64,000 nt of DNA from positions 57,474,001 to 57,538,000 of the forward strand of contig CM060732.1 in the NCBI GenBank assembly GCA_030704615.1, read 5' to 3'. Below the pieces are notes generated by a model that ran no database searches, had not been told where the DNA came from, and saw only the letters and a program-made list of their open reading frames with translations. Of this stretch, positions 61,895-64,000 are shown one piece after another; the stretch's first letter is position 1, and the number at the start of each line of letters is the position of its first letter. Made by a program: the position numbers and the translations under genes. The DNA comes from Takakia lepidozioides. Its lineage: Eukaryota > Plantae > Bryophyta.

Positions 61895-62335
61895 AGTGAT
61901 TTTCGAAGTGATTTTCAAAATGATTTTCAGAGTGATGTCCAGAGTGATTTCCAGAGTGATTTCCAGAGTTGCATGAACCCCCGCAGGTGAGGTGCATTGT
62001 ATAGCAAAAGTAGGAAGGAGGACCTTCCCATGGTAACCAGTATACCCAAATCATTTTTGAAGGGGCCCGAGGTAACAATTTCCCAAAGTAGCATTTTCCC
62101 AAGGTAGCACTTCCCCAATGTAGCATTTTCCCAAGGTGGCACATTCCCAAGGTAGCGTTACCGCAAAGGTAACATTTACCAGAGGTAACATTTTCCCGAG
62201 GTAACAATTTCTTGAGGTAACAATATCCAGTGGTAACAATTTCCTGAGGTAACAATTTCCCGAGGTTTCAAAATCCCAAGGTAGCAATTTCCAAAGGTAG
62301 CAATTTCCCGAGGTAGCATTTTCCCAACGTAGCCA
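61895..62335. repeat. Minisatellites: 12-bp gtgatttccaga (~6 copies, 61895-61970) and ~18-bp cccgaggtaacaattt (over a dozen copies, 62065-62335)
   Basis: Seen directly in the sequence. Confidence 0.85.
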
Positions 62336-62812
62336 GTAGTTCCGAGTATCTTGCACAAGAGAGTGGTAATGTGTTCAAGAAATAGCATGGAAGAGCACTG
62401 TGGGGGAGATAACGGTAGTGAGGCCTGTACATGAATATCTGGATAAATGTATTTTAGATCAATGGTATCGAGGGCAAAGGCCCTTAAGTGACAAATAAGT
62501 GAGTTGGAGCAACAATTCACAGTTTTTGTAAACTGAACAAACAGTTGATCACGATGCGAGAAGAGGTAATACATAGCAGTGGTGACTAGGGCAGAAGCTC
62601 TTGAGTGATAGATCTGTGGGTAGCAGCAATTCACAATACTTTCAGCAAGAGAAAACATTTATCAATGAGTGGAGAAAGATGTTTCACAGCAATGGAGATG
62701 AGGGCAAAAGCTCTCGAATAACAGACATGATGGGAGCAGCAATTCATAGGATTTGGAACAAGAACAGGTTGTCTGAGGCCAGATTTACAGCTAATAGGGG
62801 TGAGAACATGCC

Positions 62813-63913
62813 TTAAGGGGGTGGGGGCAATTTCTTGTGCAGGGGGGCTGCCTTCATATCTGAGTCGTATGGATGCGGTGTCCAACGGCGTGTTCCTTGA
62901 GGTGTGGTCAGCCAGCTGTTGTGCCCTGTCAGTTCAGTCCAGTCATTATGGTAAGAGCATGCAGGCATTACAGGGTTCGTAAATCCAAGTGTATACAACG
63001 TGAGCTGATAGTTGGAATGGAAAGCACGAGAGATAGCATATGCAGAAGGTAGAGTTACTTCCCTTGGTTGGTTGTCAGGAGTGTTTGGTACAACTACAGC
63101 AAAACCAGCTCTGAAGATGTCGCCATGGACCTCTTTGCCCTTTTCCAGATCTGCCAGGGCAGTGTGCAGAGTGACATTTGGTACAACTACAACAAAACCT
63201 GCAAGTGTCGCATTCCACGACACCACAACTCGTTCAGCCATAGTGTCAAACACTCCCTTTGCATCGTCGATGCACCCACATTTTGCATACATGTCCACCA
63301 GGGTATTGTTCAGAATGACAGTTGGTACAATTCCAGCTCTGAAGATGTCGCCATGGACCTCTTTGCCATTTTTCAGATCCAGGGCAGTGTGGAGAATGAC
63401 ATTTGGTACAACTGCAGCAGGACCTGCAAGTATTGCCTTCCACGACACCACATCTTGTTCAGCCATAGTGTCAAACACTCCCGTTGCATCGTCAGTGCAC
63501 CCACATTTTGCATACATGTCCACCAGGGTATTGTTCAGAATGACAGTGGGGACAATTCCAGCTCTGAAGACGTCACCATGGATCTCATTGCCCTTTTCCA
63601 GATCTGCCAGGGCAGTGTGTAGAATGACATTTGGTACAACTGCAGCAGAATCTTCAAACATTGCATTCCACGACACCGTATCTCGTTCAGCCATAGCGTC
63701 AAACACTCCCTTTGCATCCTCGATGCACCCACATTTTGCATACATGTCCACCAGGGTATTGTTCAGAATGACAGTTGGTACAATTCCAGCTCTGAAGATG
63801 TCGCCATGGACCTCTATGCCCTTGTCCAGATCTGCCAGGGCAGTGTGCAGAATGACATTTGGAACAACTACAGCTTTGATGATGTCATCAGGTACAGCTT
63901 TGCGCTTTTCCAT
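62813..63913 (-). CDS. PLS-type PPR-derived ORF made of ~3.4 tandem 228-bp units; possibly a pseudogene
   Basis: Repeated VVPNVILHTALADLEKGKEVHGDIFRAGIVPTVILNNTLVDMYAKCGCIDDAKGVFDTMAERDVVSWNA. No E or DYW domain. The frame stays open to the window edge. Confidence 0.65.
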   Translation of the reverse strand: MEKRKAVPDDIIKAVVVPNVILHTALADLDKGIEVHGDIFRAGIVPTVILNNTLVDMYAKCGCIEDAKGVFDAMAERDTVSWNAMFEDSAAVVPNVILHTALADLEKGNEIHGDVFRAGIVPTVILNNTLVDMYAKCGCTDDATGVFDTMAEQDVVSWKAILAGPAAVVPNVILHTALDLKNGKEVHGDIFRAGIVPTVILNNTLVDMYAKCGCIDDAKGVFDTMAERVVVSWNATLAGFVVVVPNVTLHTALADLEKGKEVHGDIFRAGFAVVVPNTPDNQPREVTLPSAYAISRAFHSNYQLTLYTLGFTNPVMPACSYHNDWTELTGHNSWLTTPQGTRRWTPHPYDSDMKAAPLHKKLPPPP

Positions 63914-64000
63914 GGCTGCTAGGCTCTTGTGATGTGTCCGGGGACTATGGGTGATAAGCAGAGCTAAGTGAAACAGAGACGAGTTGAGGCATAGAGGCAA

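Noticed and set aside
63012-63932. 306-aa plus-strand ORF as a separate gene
   Set aside because: It is the antisense shadow of the tandem PPR unit; one stop-free unit repeated gives a long ORF automatically.

Overview
Nuclear DNA of a land plant, probably a non-seed lineage such as a bryophyte or lycophyte (inferred from the PLS-type PPR fragments and the TE families). The left half (1-30 kb) holds four spliced genes, all on the minus strand: a POWERDRESS/NCoR-like SANT protein that runs off the left edge, NAD(P)HX dehydratase, a GDPD phosphodiesterase and an OCT7-like MFS transporter. This half also has tRNA-derived SINE-like heads and a mitochondrial-type tRNA-fMet relic. A fifth minus-strand gene, of the Mpv17/PMP22 family, can be assembled from seven exons spread over 32.5-49 kb. 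Its introns are inflated by many copies of one LINE family, plus a PPR pseudogene and a B3 pseudogene. This LINE ends in AGTACAAT(CT)n and appears to insert into CT runs, including its own tails, so it builds head-to-tail arrays. The right part (49-64 kb) is a TE nest: an old, scrambled LINE interrupted by a very young chromovirus (725-bp LTRs, GTCAG target-site duplication, structured 3' non-coding RNA) and by a TIR element carrying a SWIM finger and palindromes. Tandem repeats and a recently amplified 228-bp PPR module follow. All calls were made by eye, without database searches.
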